In this document: positions 18,570 to 28,476 of the stretch, piece by piece | How the letters are laid out: every line of letters begins with the position of its first letter | How positions within the stretch are numbered: position 1 is the first letter of the stretch | Virus record (IMG/VR): IMGVR_UViG_3300048854_000081 | Span: 224,001 to 288,000 of that record | Source: a virus | Lineage: Duplodnaviria; Caudoviricetes | Direction: 5' to 3' (one strand) | DNA: 64,000 bases | The notes under the pieces: model-generated | Seen by the model: the letters and a program-made list of their open reading frames with translations, nothing else | The model's database searches: none | Told to the model about the DNA's origin: nothing | Made by a program: the position numbers and the translations under genes

Positions 18570-19232
18570 ATGGGAACGATAATTAACATAGTCACCGATT
18601 ATGGATTCGGTGCCGTGGTATTTCTTGGTATAGGTTATTTACTATATCTATACGCCAGACATAGACTATTCCCATCATTGAAAGGTAAGGCTCTAGTTAA
18701 CAAGCTAGGTAACGAAGCTAACTTGGCCTATCATTCTCTGTTCGCAAATATTAACCATAGATTGAATGTAGAAATTCCTACACTCGACTTGCTTCCAACC
18801 AAGCCGGTCAAGCAACAGATGATCCGTGACATTCTAATGATTTACACCAAGACTCTATTTAAAACCTGTAAGGATATTGCAAGTTTAGATATGAAGGATT
18901 GGAGCACTGACAAATGGTGCGATGAAATGACCGTTAGAGTGAACGACAATGTTGTGACTTTCTTGGACCTGTGCAAAACCTCAGGTGTTCCACAGATTGT
19001 CATGCTTAAATTTATGCGCTGGCATAAATCAACTCAAGACATTCTGTTCGACGGAATCATGTCTTTGGGTTCTTCTAATATTTTTAATTCTAACGTAGCA
19101 CGAACAAACACCTTGTTCTTTATGGTCAATCTATTGCTGGTAACAACCATTGCCGATGCAGAGAAAACGCTTAAGGAATTGAATGGTGACGTTCACGGCC
19201 AGTTTTATAATGGTAGTATAATCGAGGATTGA
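18570..19232 (+). CDS. Single-TM membrane protein, possible holin
   Basis: N-terminal TM helix followed by a soluble domain; late motif at 18534. Confidence 0.45.
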   Translation: MGTIINIVTDYGFGAVVFLGIGYLLYLYARHRLFPSLKGKALVNKLGNEANLAYHSLFANINHRLNVEIPTLDLLPTKPVKQQMIRDILMIYTKTLFKTCKDIASLDMKDWSTDKWCDEMTVRVNDNVVTFLDLCKTSGVPQIVMLKFMRWHKSTQDILFDGIMSLGSSNIFNSNVARTNTLFFMVNLLLVTTIADAEKTLKELNGDVHGQFYNGSIIED

Positions 19233-19233
19233 A

Positions 19234-22188
19234 ATGAGTCAGTACCAAAATTTTGCAGATACACCCAACTCCATCATAAAGGAAGGTGAGGAAATCACCC
19301 TCATCTTTACCAGAAATGCCGATGGAACAGGTACGGTTTCTTGGAATATACCACCACCAGCCAACGGTTGTTCGGCTGACACACAAGCTTATGACGGTAT
19401 CGTAATCACGGTAGATCGCAAGGCTGCTAACTATATCTCCACCTCGCCTAAGAATGGTACCCTGTACACGGGTGACAATACGGTCGATCCAGATATGCAT
19501 GCCGGTGATAAGCTAGATACTGCGCTGGTTGTGGGTTCATTCTATCATGATAAGTCAACTACCTCATTAACTCTGACCGATGTTGATCCTAACGTCTTTT
19601 ATTACGTTTCTGGCTATGCCGTAGACAATGTGGGTACGTACCACAGAGAAGGTGTGCATGCTTACTCGCTCCCAACCGGTGAAGCAGAAAGTGAGCAGGC
19701 TCTTTACAATGCCTATCAGGACATTTCCATTATGTCCAAGGATAGCAGTAAGGTAACCCTAAACACCTTGACATGCTTGGACAAGACTAAGACTTACCAG
19801 ATTCATGTTAAAATTGACCACGTAGACCATTATCTGACCATCAAGGGTTCAGAGGCACAGTCTTATAACGATTTGATTAGAGCGATCAACAATCAATTCA
19901 AGTTAATCACTGGCGACTCCTACAAGAGTCCTCTTCCACCTAAGGCCAACCAATTCTATTTGGATAAGACTGGTCAGAAGTTGTACTTGTGGGATGGTTT
20001 TACCAACACCAGTGAGCACGTCATATTCTTTGATAAAGACCCATCGACTCACCCTCAGGGTACATACTGGGTAAATCCTAATGAACCAAACACCATTTTC
20101 ATGTATGAAACCGGTGGCTGGCAGGTACAGCCTTTCGTAAGCTTAGATCATGATCCTACCATCCCTGAATGCGGTGAACTATGGTTCAACGGTTCAAGCG
20201 TTTATGAGTGGGATGGTGATCATTGGATCAAGCTATGCCTTTACATCCAGACTCGTAACCCTTCCCTTTCTCCTATTTTGGATTGCAATACTTATTGGTA
20301 TGATAATACCGATGGTCTTCTATACAAGTGGGATGCTGGTAATGATAAGTTTGATGAAGTTCTAGCCATCATTTCTCAGAAAGACCCTAACACGTTATCC
20401 GTGGGCGATTTCTGGTTGAATGAAACTGATAGCAAGATGTACCGCTTCTCGGCTGGTGTATGGAACCTGTTGACCAATGTTCGTTATGATAAGCCAAATT
20501 CTTCCGGTACGATTAGTAATCCTGCCGCTGGTATCTATTGGTTGAATCCTGATAATCAGAAATTCTACAAAAGAGACAACACCAACACATTCTGGACCGA
20601 AGTTGAGTACACGATGTACCCAACTGATCCTATGGACAGAGCCAGCAATGATCTATGGTGGAATCAGTCTCCTTCAGTCGATTCACTTTTCGTTTGGGAT
20701 ATTGTAAACAGCCAGTGGCTATTGGTAGAAAACTTCATCCAAGAAACAACTGATCCTTCCCTACCACCAAATCTACCGGCTTGTGTGGTGTGGTATAATC
20801 CTAAGGATGGTTCACTTAAGTATATTCTTAAGAATAGTTGTTCGGATAAGGGATTCATTGACTTCATATTTGATCCTACACACCCACCAATCGGTACGGT
20901 TTGGTACGATACTTTACATAAAGTTTATAATGTCTGGAACGGTACGGACTGGGATGTCATTCATCCTATCATTTCAACATTCGATCCTTTCGTATTGGAT
21001 ACTAACTATTTCTGGTATGATACTGTTAACCAGCAGCTAAAGCGCTGGAACGGTACTGGTTGGACAGTCGTTCCTTTCTCTGAACATCCATTGACACCAA
21101 ACGTTGGTACTCTATGGTACAACACTGCCAGCAATGAACTATTCCAGTGGGATGGTGTACGTTGGGTTGTGGCTGCACCAATAGTCAGCGTTTCGTTAAG
21201 ATACCAGATCGATAATCTTGATCCGAATGTTAATGGTAGAGCTTACCTAATGTTCTTGTTCAATGAAGCCGGTTGTGGTCACATATTTGAAGTTATCGCT
21301 GATGCTGAAGGCGTATTCGCTAAGGTATGTCAGGCTGTTATGTACCATGAACCTCTAGTAGGTGGTAATGGTCCTGCCTCTGGTCCTATGTACAAGCAAT
21401 TGGGTGTGGGTACGGATGGCACCCCTGATGAGCGTAGAGCCCTACAGGCTAAGATTCGTACCATGCTAGGTAGCATCGGTGTTCAGGTGGAGTTGACTAA
21501 GGATGAAATGAACGTAGCCATTGATAATGCGCTAATGCAATTCAGAAGATATTCAAGTTATGGTTACACACGTAACATGTTCTTCTTGGATGCTAAGCCA
21601 AATCAGCAGACCTATATTCTATCTAACAATTGTGTAGGTTTTAATAAGATTAACTCGATCCGTGCTCTGTACAGAATGCAGGCAGGTTGGATTCGTACGG
21701 GTCTTGCTGGTAACGAACTATTCGGTGTTGCAGCCTTGCAGCAGCTATATACTGTAGGTACTTTTGATATGCTTAGCTTCTCGATGATGAGCATGTACAT
21801 GAAAGAACTTGAACAGGTATTCGCTTCAAGAATCATGCACCAGTGGGTTGAATCGAGCCGTGAGCTACGTTTGTTCCAGAGAATCGTTCTACCAGAACGT
21901 ATCCTTGTGGATGCAACTGTAGAGAGAACCGAACAGGACTTGTTCACCAACCGTGCTTCGGCACTTTGGATTCAGTCTTACGCATTGGCAGAGTCGAAGA
22001 GAATTCTTGCTCAGGTTCGTGGTAAGTACTTGAACCTACCGGGTCCAAACGGTAGCACCAATCTTAACGCTCAAGATTTGGCTTCTCAGGCTGAAGCAGA
22101 GAAGACAATTTTGATGGAAGAATTGAATGATCCAGCAATGGGTAATTTGGAAGATGTTGGCCTAGCCGCTCATTTCGTAATAGGATAA
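19234..22188 (+). CDS. Neck protein gp13-like C-terminal domain fused to a long Trp-repeat region
   Basis: C-terminal LG...VQVELT...AL..FRR...WIQ.YALA..K.IL...RGKY..LPGP; tandem W-Y/L-N/D...W-D/N-G..W repeats. Confidence 0.7.
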   Translation: MSQYQNFADTPNSIIKEGEEITLIFTRNADGTGTVSWNIPPPANGCSADTQAYDGIVITVDRKAANYISTSPKNGTLYTGDNTVDPDMHAGDKLDTALVVGSFYHDKSTTSLTLTDVDPNVFYYVSGYAVDNVGTYHREGVHAYSLPTGEAESEQALYNAYQDISIMSKDSSKVTLNTLTCLDKTKTYQIHVKIDHVDHYLTIKGSEAQSYNDLIRAINNQFKLITGDSYKSPLPPKANQFYLDKTGQKLYLWDGFTNTSEHVIFFDKDPSTHPQGTYWVNPNEPNTIFMYETGGWQVQPFVSLDHDPTIPECGELWFNGSSVYEWDGDHWIKLCLYIQTRNPSLSPILDCNTYWYDNTDGLLYKWDAGNDKFDEVLAIISQKDPNTLSVGDFWLNETDSKMYRFSAGVWNLLTNVRYDKPNSSGTISNPAAGIYWLNPDNQKFYKRDNTNTFWTEVEYTMYPTDPMDRASNDLWWNQSPSVDSLFVWDIVNSQWLLVENFIQETTDPSLPPNLPACVVWYNPKDGSLKYILKNSCSDKGFIDFIFDPTHPPIGTVWYDTLHKVYNVWNGTDWDVIHPIISTFDPFVLDTNYFWYDTVNQQLKRWNGTGWTVVPFSEHPLTPNVGTLWYNTASNELFQWDGVRWVVAAPIVSVSLRYQIDNLDPNVNGRAYLMFLFNEAGCGHIFEVIADAEGVFAKVCQAVMYHEPLVGGNGPASGPMYKQLGVGTDGTPDERRALQAKIRTMLGSIGVQVELTKDEMNVAIDNALMQFRRYSSYGYTRNMFFLDAKPNQQTYILSNNCVGFNKINSIRALYRMQAGWIRTGLAGNELFGVAALQQLYTVGTFDMLSFSMMSMYMKELEQVFASRIMHQWVESSRELRLFQRIVLPERILVDATVERTEQDLFTNRASALWIQSYALAESKRILAQVRGKYLNLPGPNGSTNLNAQDLASQAEAEKTILMEELNDPAMGNLEDVGLAAHFVIG

Positions 22189-22191
22189 TAG

Positions 22192-23895
22192 ATGTCTACT
22201 TGTATTCCATGTCAGATCAATAAGCAGCCTTCACCTACAGCAACACTCAAAACGGGTGTTGACTGTGGTATTGATAACAATACTTCAGGTAATTGTGCGC
22301 TTAATGATGACGGTACACCAATCGTAACCCCGACTGCAACGGCTAGCCCTTGTGGTCCGGGTGAGAATTGCTCTCCGTTTGACCTGACCGATACCGGAGA
22401 CACTTCTCTTACTGAAAGTTACATTGATGAACAGCTAAACATTTCTGGTGCTAATCTTAATGTTTACAAGATGCTGGGTATCCATGAACAGGGTAAGCTT
22501 CTAGACTTGGCTGGTAACGGTAATGCTATATCGTCTGGATCGCTATCCAACTTTCCAGCATCCAATGCTTTCGATAAATTCATTACAGAATGGCGTTCCG
22601 CACAGACTGGACCAAATGTATTAGCTAAGACTTTTATTGGTTATGACTTTGGTCCAATCAAGTTACGTAATGGTAGAGACCGTTACGGTATCGAGACCGC
22701 CGTCAAGCATGATATCTCTATGATTAAGATTAAGCAGGGATGCGATGCTCAGAACCGTGTAACAAAAATCCGTATTGAGCGTTCTGATGATGGTACCAAA
22801 TGGTATGGTGCTGCTATCGTTGACGTGCCTGACTGTGATGGTTTGGTAACGTTAAACTTTAAGCGTACCGTACCTTCCCGTTTTTGGAGAATTCGCCCAC
22901 TAGCTTTCAATGGTGGTGTCGATGACTACTGGACAGTTCAGGCGTTCCAGTTAATCAATTATGAAAAGACTGCGATCACTAACATCCAAGATAGAGTGCT
23001 TCTAGAAAATAGAGATAGAGATTATCTAGATAAGCCTATCGCTATGAAATGTTATTATACTCCTATCGACGTTCAAGCTAACTCTTCCAAGTTCGGCTTC
23101 TTCCAAGGTGCGGACACATACACGATCCAGATTAGCTTTAACCAAGCTGTGAAAATTCTAGGTAGACCATTCGTTATTGGTGACATTCTTGAATTGCCAT
23201 CGGAAACACAGTATGATCCGTCCACGATGGAACCAATTCTAAAATATTTGGAAGTCAATGACGTTGCATGGGCTACAACAAGCTACACTGCTGCATGGAA
23301 GCCAACGATGCAGCGTCTATTGGCCGTACCTGCCATGGCATCCCAAGAGACCCAGCAAATCTTTGGTAAGCTTACTGAGGACGAAGATGATACAGGTCTA
23401 GTGGATATCAATGACGGTAACGCTAAAAAGTATCAGGATATCTCAAATATATCTAAGACGATTAAAGCAAAGGCAAATACGGCTGTACCGGAACGTGGGC
23501 AAGATAATGCAGATATTGCTCAGATCGGTGATGAAGCCATTGCCACCGCTAAAGAAAAATTCAATATAAATCTAGGTAAGCTAAACGTCGCTAAAACGCC
23601 CTACAGCGAAGACGCGATGCCACCCAATGGATTGCCCTACACTGAGGGTGAGGCGTGGCCTGCGCAGCCGTGGAAGAACGGTGCGTACCATCGTATGACC
23701 TATGACAGCAAGGGTAAGGATATTGCCCCTAGACTGTTCCGTTATTTAACTCGTGCCAACCGTTGGGTTGTCATTGCCGTTGACCGTAGGTATGAAAGTC
23801 GTAAGACTAAGCCTGTCCTTCAAGAGTTCATTGATCCAGCCACATCGACCGTGACTGATCCTAAGAAAGAAGAACAATTCCTTGATAAAAATTGA
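22192..23895 (+). CDS. Neck/head-closure protein (gp14-like) with discoidin-like insert
   Basis: Follows the gp13-like gene; NAFD...W.S, YDFG, RFWRI discoidin signature; LENRDRDY, GD.LELP. Confidence 0.6.
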   Translation: MSTCIPCQINKQPSPTATLKTGVDCGIDNNTSGNCALNDDGTPIVTPTATASPCGPGENCSPFDLTDTGDTSLTESYIDEQLNISGANLNVYKMLGIHEQGKLLDLAGNGNAISSGSLSNFPASNAFDKFITEWRSAQTGPNVLAKTFIGYDFGPIKLRNGRDRYGIETAVKHDISMIKIKQGCDAQNRVTKIRIERSDDGTKWYGAAIVDVPDCDGLVTLNFKRTVPSRFWRIRPLAFNGGVDDYWTVQAFQLINYEKTAITNIQDRVLLENRDRDYLDKPIAMKCYYTPIDVQANSSKFGFFQGADTYTIQISFNQAVKILGRPFVIGDILELPSETQYDPSTMEPILKYLEVNDVAWATTSYTAAWKPTMQRLLAVPAMASQETQQIFGKLTEDEDDTGLVDINDGNAKKYQDISNISKTIKAKANTAVPERGQDNADIAQIGDEAIATAKEKFNINLGKLNVAKTPYSEDAMPPNGLPYTEGEAWPAQPWKNGAYHRMTYDSKGKDIAPRLFRYLTRANRWVVIAVDRRYESRKTKPVLQEFIDPATSTVTDPKKEEQFLDKN

Positions 23896-23940
23896 CTTTT
23901 CCTGAATTTGAGATAAACTACATCTGCAATTGAGGTGTAT

Positions 23941-25368
23941 ATGAATTTTGAAAAGCAGAAATTGATATTGGAATATCTACTATCGTCTAACGATTTATAT
24001 GCTAGATGTTCCAATATCATTAAGAGCGAGTTCTTTGACGTTGAACTCCGTCAGGTGGTTAACTACACATCTGAGTATTATGACAAATATCGCGTCCTCC
24101 CAAAGCTAGATCGCATCAAGGCTGAGTACGATCTAGACTTTAACCTCAAAACTCTCGATAAGACTGACCTTACTTACATTTCTGATGAATGTGAGAGGTT
24201 TGCTAAGCATTGTGGTGTCCGTGAAGCAATCAAGAATTGCATGAAGGATATTGCTGAAGATAATTACGATAACGTAGTAAAACGTGTACAAGATGCCGTC
24301 ATGGTAAGTCTTGACCGTGATGTCGGTGTTGATCTTTATGACAACCCACAATTGCGTCTTGAAGAAGCTGCTGTTGCTATTCAGCTAATCCCAACCGGCA
24401 TTAAAACTCTCGACGATAAGTTGGGCGGTCTAGCACGTCAGCAGTTAACCCTATTCTCCGCTAACTCGGGTGTGGGTAAGTCAGTTGTCATGTCCAACAT
24501 TGGTGACAACCTTGCTGCCAGTGGGTTACATGTAGTTTATATCTCTCTAGAACTTAACCAGAACATGGTTATCACACGATTGGCAGCAATTGCCTCTGGT
24601 GAGGATATTACCACGTGGAAAGAGAACATCCCTAAGATTGCTTCCAAGATTAATGCTATCAAGGATGCGGGTGCTGGTTCTCACGTTGTCAAGCGTCTTA
24701 AGAATGGTTCTAATGCAAATGACATTCGCGCATTCTTAAAACAATACGAATTAGTTTATGGAAGAAAGCCTGATGCTCTCGTGGTTGACTATGTTGACAT
24801 TATGTCCCCTATTGGTGGCATCGGTACCATGTCTGTATCTGAACAAGATAAGGCTAAGTCTGAGCAGCTTTACGAAATCGGTGTGGATTATGATTGCATC
24901 CTTCTATCGGCTTCCCAGCAGAATCGTGATGGTATTAAACAGACTTCACCAGACCAAGCCGTCATCGCGGGTGGTTTCTCTAAGATCAATATCGTAGACA
25001 ACTACATTTCCATTTACATGACTCCGCAGATGCGTCTTGAAGGTGTTATGTTGCTATACTTTCTTAAAACACGCTCTTCTTCCGCAGTTGGTGATAATAT
25101 CCCAGTCAAGTTCAATCGCGATAACTTACAGGTTACCGACATTGGCGATGAGAAGAAGATAAGAGCAGCAATTAGTAGATTATCTTCTGAAAGTAGTACC
25201 AGTGCACCAAAGCATGGCAAACAGCCAGAAAAGAAAGAAGACCGTAAGCCTGTAGGTCCGGTTGTAATGGAAGCAGACATTCCGGGTTTACCGGGTGTAG
25301 AAGTAGAGATAAAAGATGAAAGTGATGAGCATGAATTGTTCGGGCTTATGAGCTTTCTAACCAAGTAA
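23941..25368 (+). CDS. DnaB/gp41-like replicative helicase
   Basis: IPTG..TLD, ANSGVGKS, YISLEL, VVDYVD, ASQQNR, LKTRS. Confidence 0.9.
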   Translation: MNFEKQKLILEYLLSSNDLYARCSNIIKSEFFDVELRQVVNYTSEYYDKYRVLPKLDRIKAEYDLDFNLKTLDKTDLTYISDECERFAKHCGVREAIKNCMKDIAEDNYDNVVKRVQDAVMVSLDRDVGVDLYDNPQLRLEEAAVAIQLIPTGIKTLDDKLGGLARQQLTLFSANSGVGKSVVMSNIGDNLAASGLHVVYISLELNQNMVITRLAAIASGEDITTWKENIPKIASKINAIKDAGAGSHVVKRLKNGSNANDIRAFLKQYELVYGRKPDALVVDYVDIMSPIGGIGTMSVSEQDKAKSEQLYEIGVDYDCILLSASQQNRDGIKQTSPDQAVIAGGFSKINIVDNYISIYMTPQMRLEGVMLLYFLKTRSSSAVGDNIPVKFNRDNLQVTDIGDEKKIRAAISRLSSESSTSAPKHGKQPEKKEDRKPVGPVVMEADIPGLPGVEVEIKDESDEHELFGLMSFLTK

Positions 25369-25377
25369 GAGAATGAA

Positions 25378-25647
25378 ATGAAGACCTCAAATATAGTAGA
25401 TAAAACAGTAATTTTAACCACAAAGACCGGACAACTTGAAGTTGCATCCCTACCAAAACATATTAGATATAGCGTGGAAACACTAGATAGATATAATCAA
25501 AAGCGCATGGATATCCTATGTAGCCTAGAGGAAATCGAATTCGCCATTCAGGGTTTAAAGACTCACATTGGTGAACTAGTTACAGAAACAATCAACGCAG
25601 CACTACCTAAGATCGAAAGTCCGGAGCAGAACAATGAAGCAAATTAA
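25378..25647 (+). CDS. Hypothetical protein
   Basis: ORF in operon. Confidence 0.55.
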   Translation: MKTSNIVDKTVILTTKTGQLEVASLPKHIRYSVETLDRYNQKRMDILCSLEEIEFAIQGLKTHIGELVTETINAALPKIESPEQNNEAN

Positions 25648-25843
25648 TATTATCGAAGAATCTAAGACCCTTTCAGATGAGCAGTGGGACAATCTATTTG
25701 CTAGCATGAGAGAATACAATAAGTATGTAGACCTTAAGACTAAGGCTATTTTAGATTTCGATGTATGGTTTGAACATTCTAATAGCATGGACTTTCCCAA
25801 GGAGTGGTATTCCATGATACGTAAGAATAGCGAGGATAAATAA
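25634..25843 (+). CDS. Hypothetical protein
   Basis: ORF with GGAG RBS. Confidence 0.5.
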   Translation: MKQINIIEESKTLSDEQWDNLFASMREYNKYVDLKTKAILDFDVWFEHSNSMDFPKEWYSMIRKNSEDK

Positions 25844-25863
25844 GGTAATAGTCCGGATTAACC

Positions 25864-26376
25864 ATGTCTAAGAAAGAAACTAAAACGAAAGAACTTGAAG
25901 TTGTCAAGCCATCAGGAAGTCCGATGGAAAACTTCTTTGATCTGCCGACCACCGTGAGACCGAAAGAGGTAATCCCTAAAAAAGAGATTATCGCTGGTCC
26001 AGCTTACGATAAGAAAGATGATGAGGTTGAAGAATTGTATGCCAACATCCATGATGCTGCCATGCATATCCACACCCAACTTATTGATGAAGTTCAAGAT
26101 ATGGAACCGGGCGACGGTATGAAAAATTACAATATGGCCGCTGTGTACCTTGAAATGGCATTGAAAGCTGCTGAAAAACGTGGTAAACTTAAGGAACATA
26201 AGGATAAGCACGACCAGCGCGCCAAGAAGGCCACAGTCGGAACGAACATCACTAACAATACATTGACGATTAATACTACGGATTTGATTAAGCAATTAAC
26301 CGCTGTAAAGCCAGATGTCATTGAGGGAGAAGTAGTTCAGATAGAAGAAGAACAGGACAAGAAGACAGATGACTAA
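25864..26376 (+). CDS. Putative terminase small subunit
   Basis: Helical core then TNITNNTL...T.DLIK tail typical of gp16-like proteins; late motif at 25836; near terL. Confidence 0.5.
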   Translation: MSKKETKTKELEVVKPSGSPMENFFDLPTTVRPKEVIPKKEIIAGPAYDKKDDEVEELYANIHDAAMHIHTQLIDEVQDMEPGDGMKNYNMAAVYLEMALKAAEKRGKLKEHKDKHDQRAKKATVGTNITNNTLTINTTDLIKQLTAVKPDVIEGEVVQIEEEQDKKTDD

Positions 26377-28063
26377 TCAAATATTGTCAAATGGTACTGA
26401 AGATTTCATTCTAAAGTATCGTGCGGCAGCGAAGGTAAAGCTTACACGTGAACAGTTAGCAGCCTATTTACAAATGGAACCACGCTCGGTTCTTCGTAAG
26501 AAACAAAAGATCAAACAGCATATAGGATTCGATCTACCAATCCTAAAGTCTGATCCACAGCTTGCCTTGGATAAAGATACCAAAGATAAGTTTGAAGCCG
26601 TGCTTAAGACGATGGCTGATTCTATTCTTAAGGCTGAAAAGGTTAATAACGTAGCACAAAAGACTAAGATTAATATTCAAAAGAATAAAGTCTATGTTAT
26701 AACCTCGGCTCAAAATGCTACTCCTATTTTCGCCCCATTTCTTAAGACCTTAGAGCGCTATTCAAAAGAAAGGGAAGCACAGTTAGTTGTGATTCCTTAT
26801 CGTTATAAGAATCCAACATCGGTCTGGACGGAAGCAAAAAACGATTATTGGCATGCTGATCTTGTACCTTATCTTCTTGATGAAGAATCAAAGGTTGGTA
26901 AGCACATTAGAATTATGGGTAATATCAAGATTCAACCTACAGCTTCAAGTCCATTGTCTGGTTTTGAATCGGTATCTGGACTTGATTCTGCCATCTTCGG
27001 TCATCCTACGGTTGAATGGAAAACCATTTCGTCAGTAGCAGATAAATCACCAAAGATTCTAGTATCAACTGGTTCGGTAACCGTCCCCAATTATACAGAT
27101 TCTAAGGCTGGTCACAAGGGTGCATATCATCACACATATTCCGCCATTGTTCTAGAAATCGATGAAGATGAAACGTTCCATATTCGTCAGATAACCGCGA
27201 ATGATAAGGGTCACTTCTACGATTTAGATGTGCATTACACACAGAATACAAGCACTTCAGGTAAGAGAGCATTAGCTCTAGTGGCTGGTGACATACATGC
27301 TGAAGTAGTGAGTGTTGACGTAGTAGAAGCATTGTTTACGGGTGATAACTCGGTAGCAGCTAGATTACAACCACAACACTTTGTATTCCATGATTTGATT
27401 GATGGTTCGGCTCGTTCACACCACAACATTCGTGATGCCTTGGGTAGATATAGAAAGCATTTGTACAATGACAATAACAATGTTGAAGAGTCAATGCAAA
27501 TCGTTGCCAACTTCATTGAATCGGTAAGTAGACCGAATACTCAAAATCATATCGTGAAGTCTAACCATGACGAACATATTGATCGTTGGTTGAGAGAAGC
27601 TGATCCGGCTGTTGATCCAGAAAATGCTAAGTTCTATCATTACCTAAAGTATCATCAGTATCGTTCGGTGTATGAAAATACACACTTCGATGCAATCAAA
27701 TTCTGGTGTGAGAATCCTGATGAGTTTGATGGTATGGACCCTGATGTATTCGAAAGAACACACTTCCTAACCAGAAATGAAAACTTTGAGATTGGTGGTA
27801 TAGAACTATCTCTCCACGGTGACGTAGGTCCGAATGGTTCACGTGGTAGTTTGAAGAGTCTGGCAAGGATGGGTCAGAAGTTGATCATAGGACATTCTCA
27901 TACACCGGGAATTTCGAATGGTTCTTATCAGGTCGGTACAACTTCCAAGTTGAGACTAGATTACAATAAGGGGCCAAGTTCTTGGTTGAATACCGCCGCC
28001 ATTGTATATCCAGATGGTAATGTAACGTTAATAAATGTTATAAATGGAAAGTGGAACCTCTAA
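26369..28063 (+). CDS. Calcineurin-like phosphoesterase/nuclease with N-terminal HTH (T5 A1-like)
   Basis: VITSAQNATP, GDIH, HDLIDG, SNHDEH, HGD.GPNG.RG, GHSH. Confidence 0.75.
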   Translation: MTNQILSNGTEDFILKYRAAAKVKLTREQLAAYLQMEPRSVLRKKQKIKQHIGFDLPILKSDPQLALDKDTKDKFEAVLKTMADSILKAEKVNNVAQKTKINIQKNKVYVITSAQNATPIFAPFLKTLERYSKEREAQLVVIPYRYKNPTSVWTEAKNDYWHADLVPYLLDEESKVGKHIRIMGNIKIQPTASSPLSGFESVSGLDSAIFGHPTVEWKTISSVADKSPKILVSTGSVTVPNYTDSKAGHKGAYHHTYSAIVLEIDEDETFHIRQITANDKGHFYDLDVHYTQNTSTSGKRALALVAGDIHAEVVSVDVVEALFTGDNSVAARLQPQHFVFHDLIDGSARSHHNIRDALGRYRKHLYNDNNNVEESMQIVANFIESVSRPNTQNHIVKSNHDEHIDRWLREADPAVDPENAKFYHYLKYHQYRSVYENTHFDAIKFWCENPDEFDGMDPDVFERTHFLTRNENFEIGGIELSLHGDVGPNGSRGSLKSLARMGQKLIIGHSHTPGISNGSYQVGTTSKLRLDYNKGPSSWLNTAAIVYPDGNVTLINVINGKWNL

Positions 28064-28066
28064 AAG

Positions 28067-28092
28067 AAAAAGCCCGCGAAAGCGGGCTTTTT
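28067..28092. terminator. Bidirectional intrinsic terminator
   Basis: AAAAAGCCCGC-GAAA-GCGGGCTTTTT. Confidence 0.9.
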
Positions 28093-28093
28093 A

Positions 28094-28351
28094 TTAGTTC
28101 TTATCGAACTTTTTAGATTCACAATGTCCACACTGCCATTTACCAGAATTTAGAATAGCTCTGGTAGTCGATGCTGGTTCACCGCATCCATCACAGTGAC
28201 CTTCTACCATATCAGCAGCCATTTTGTCATCTTCTACTCTTTCGAAGACGGCTTTGCTTTTCTGATTAATGTATTCCTTGTGAAAGGACTTTGCGGATTC
28301 CATATCTCCATTAATAAGGGCTTGTACTGCTTGGGTTAGAATGGCTTTCAT
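28094..28351 (-). CDS. Small late protein with C-terminal Zn ribbon
   Basis: CDGC...CGHC; late motif on minus strand at 28378-28384. Confidence 0.6.
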   Translation of the reverse strand: MKAILTQAVQALINGDMESAKSFHKEYINQKSKAVFERVEDDKMAADMVEGHCDGCGEPASTTRAILNSGKWQCGHCESKKFDKN

Positions 28352-28476
28352 TTTGGTTCTGTTCTCAATTATTCTATTATTTATTATGCTTTAATCAATA
28401 TGATCGAATATTTGTTATATCTATGACGGACATACATTTTTTGGCCCCATAAATAAAATTATAATAGATTTCATTT

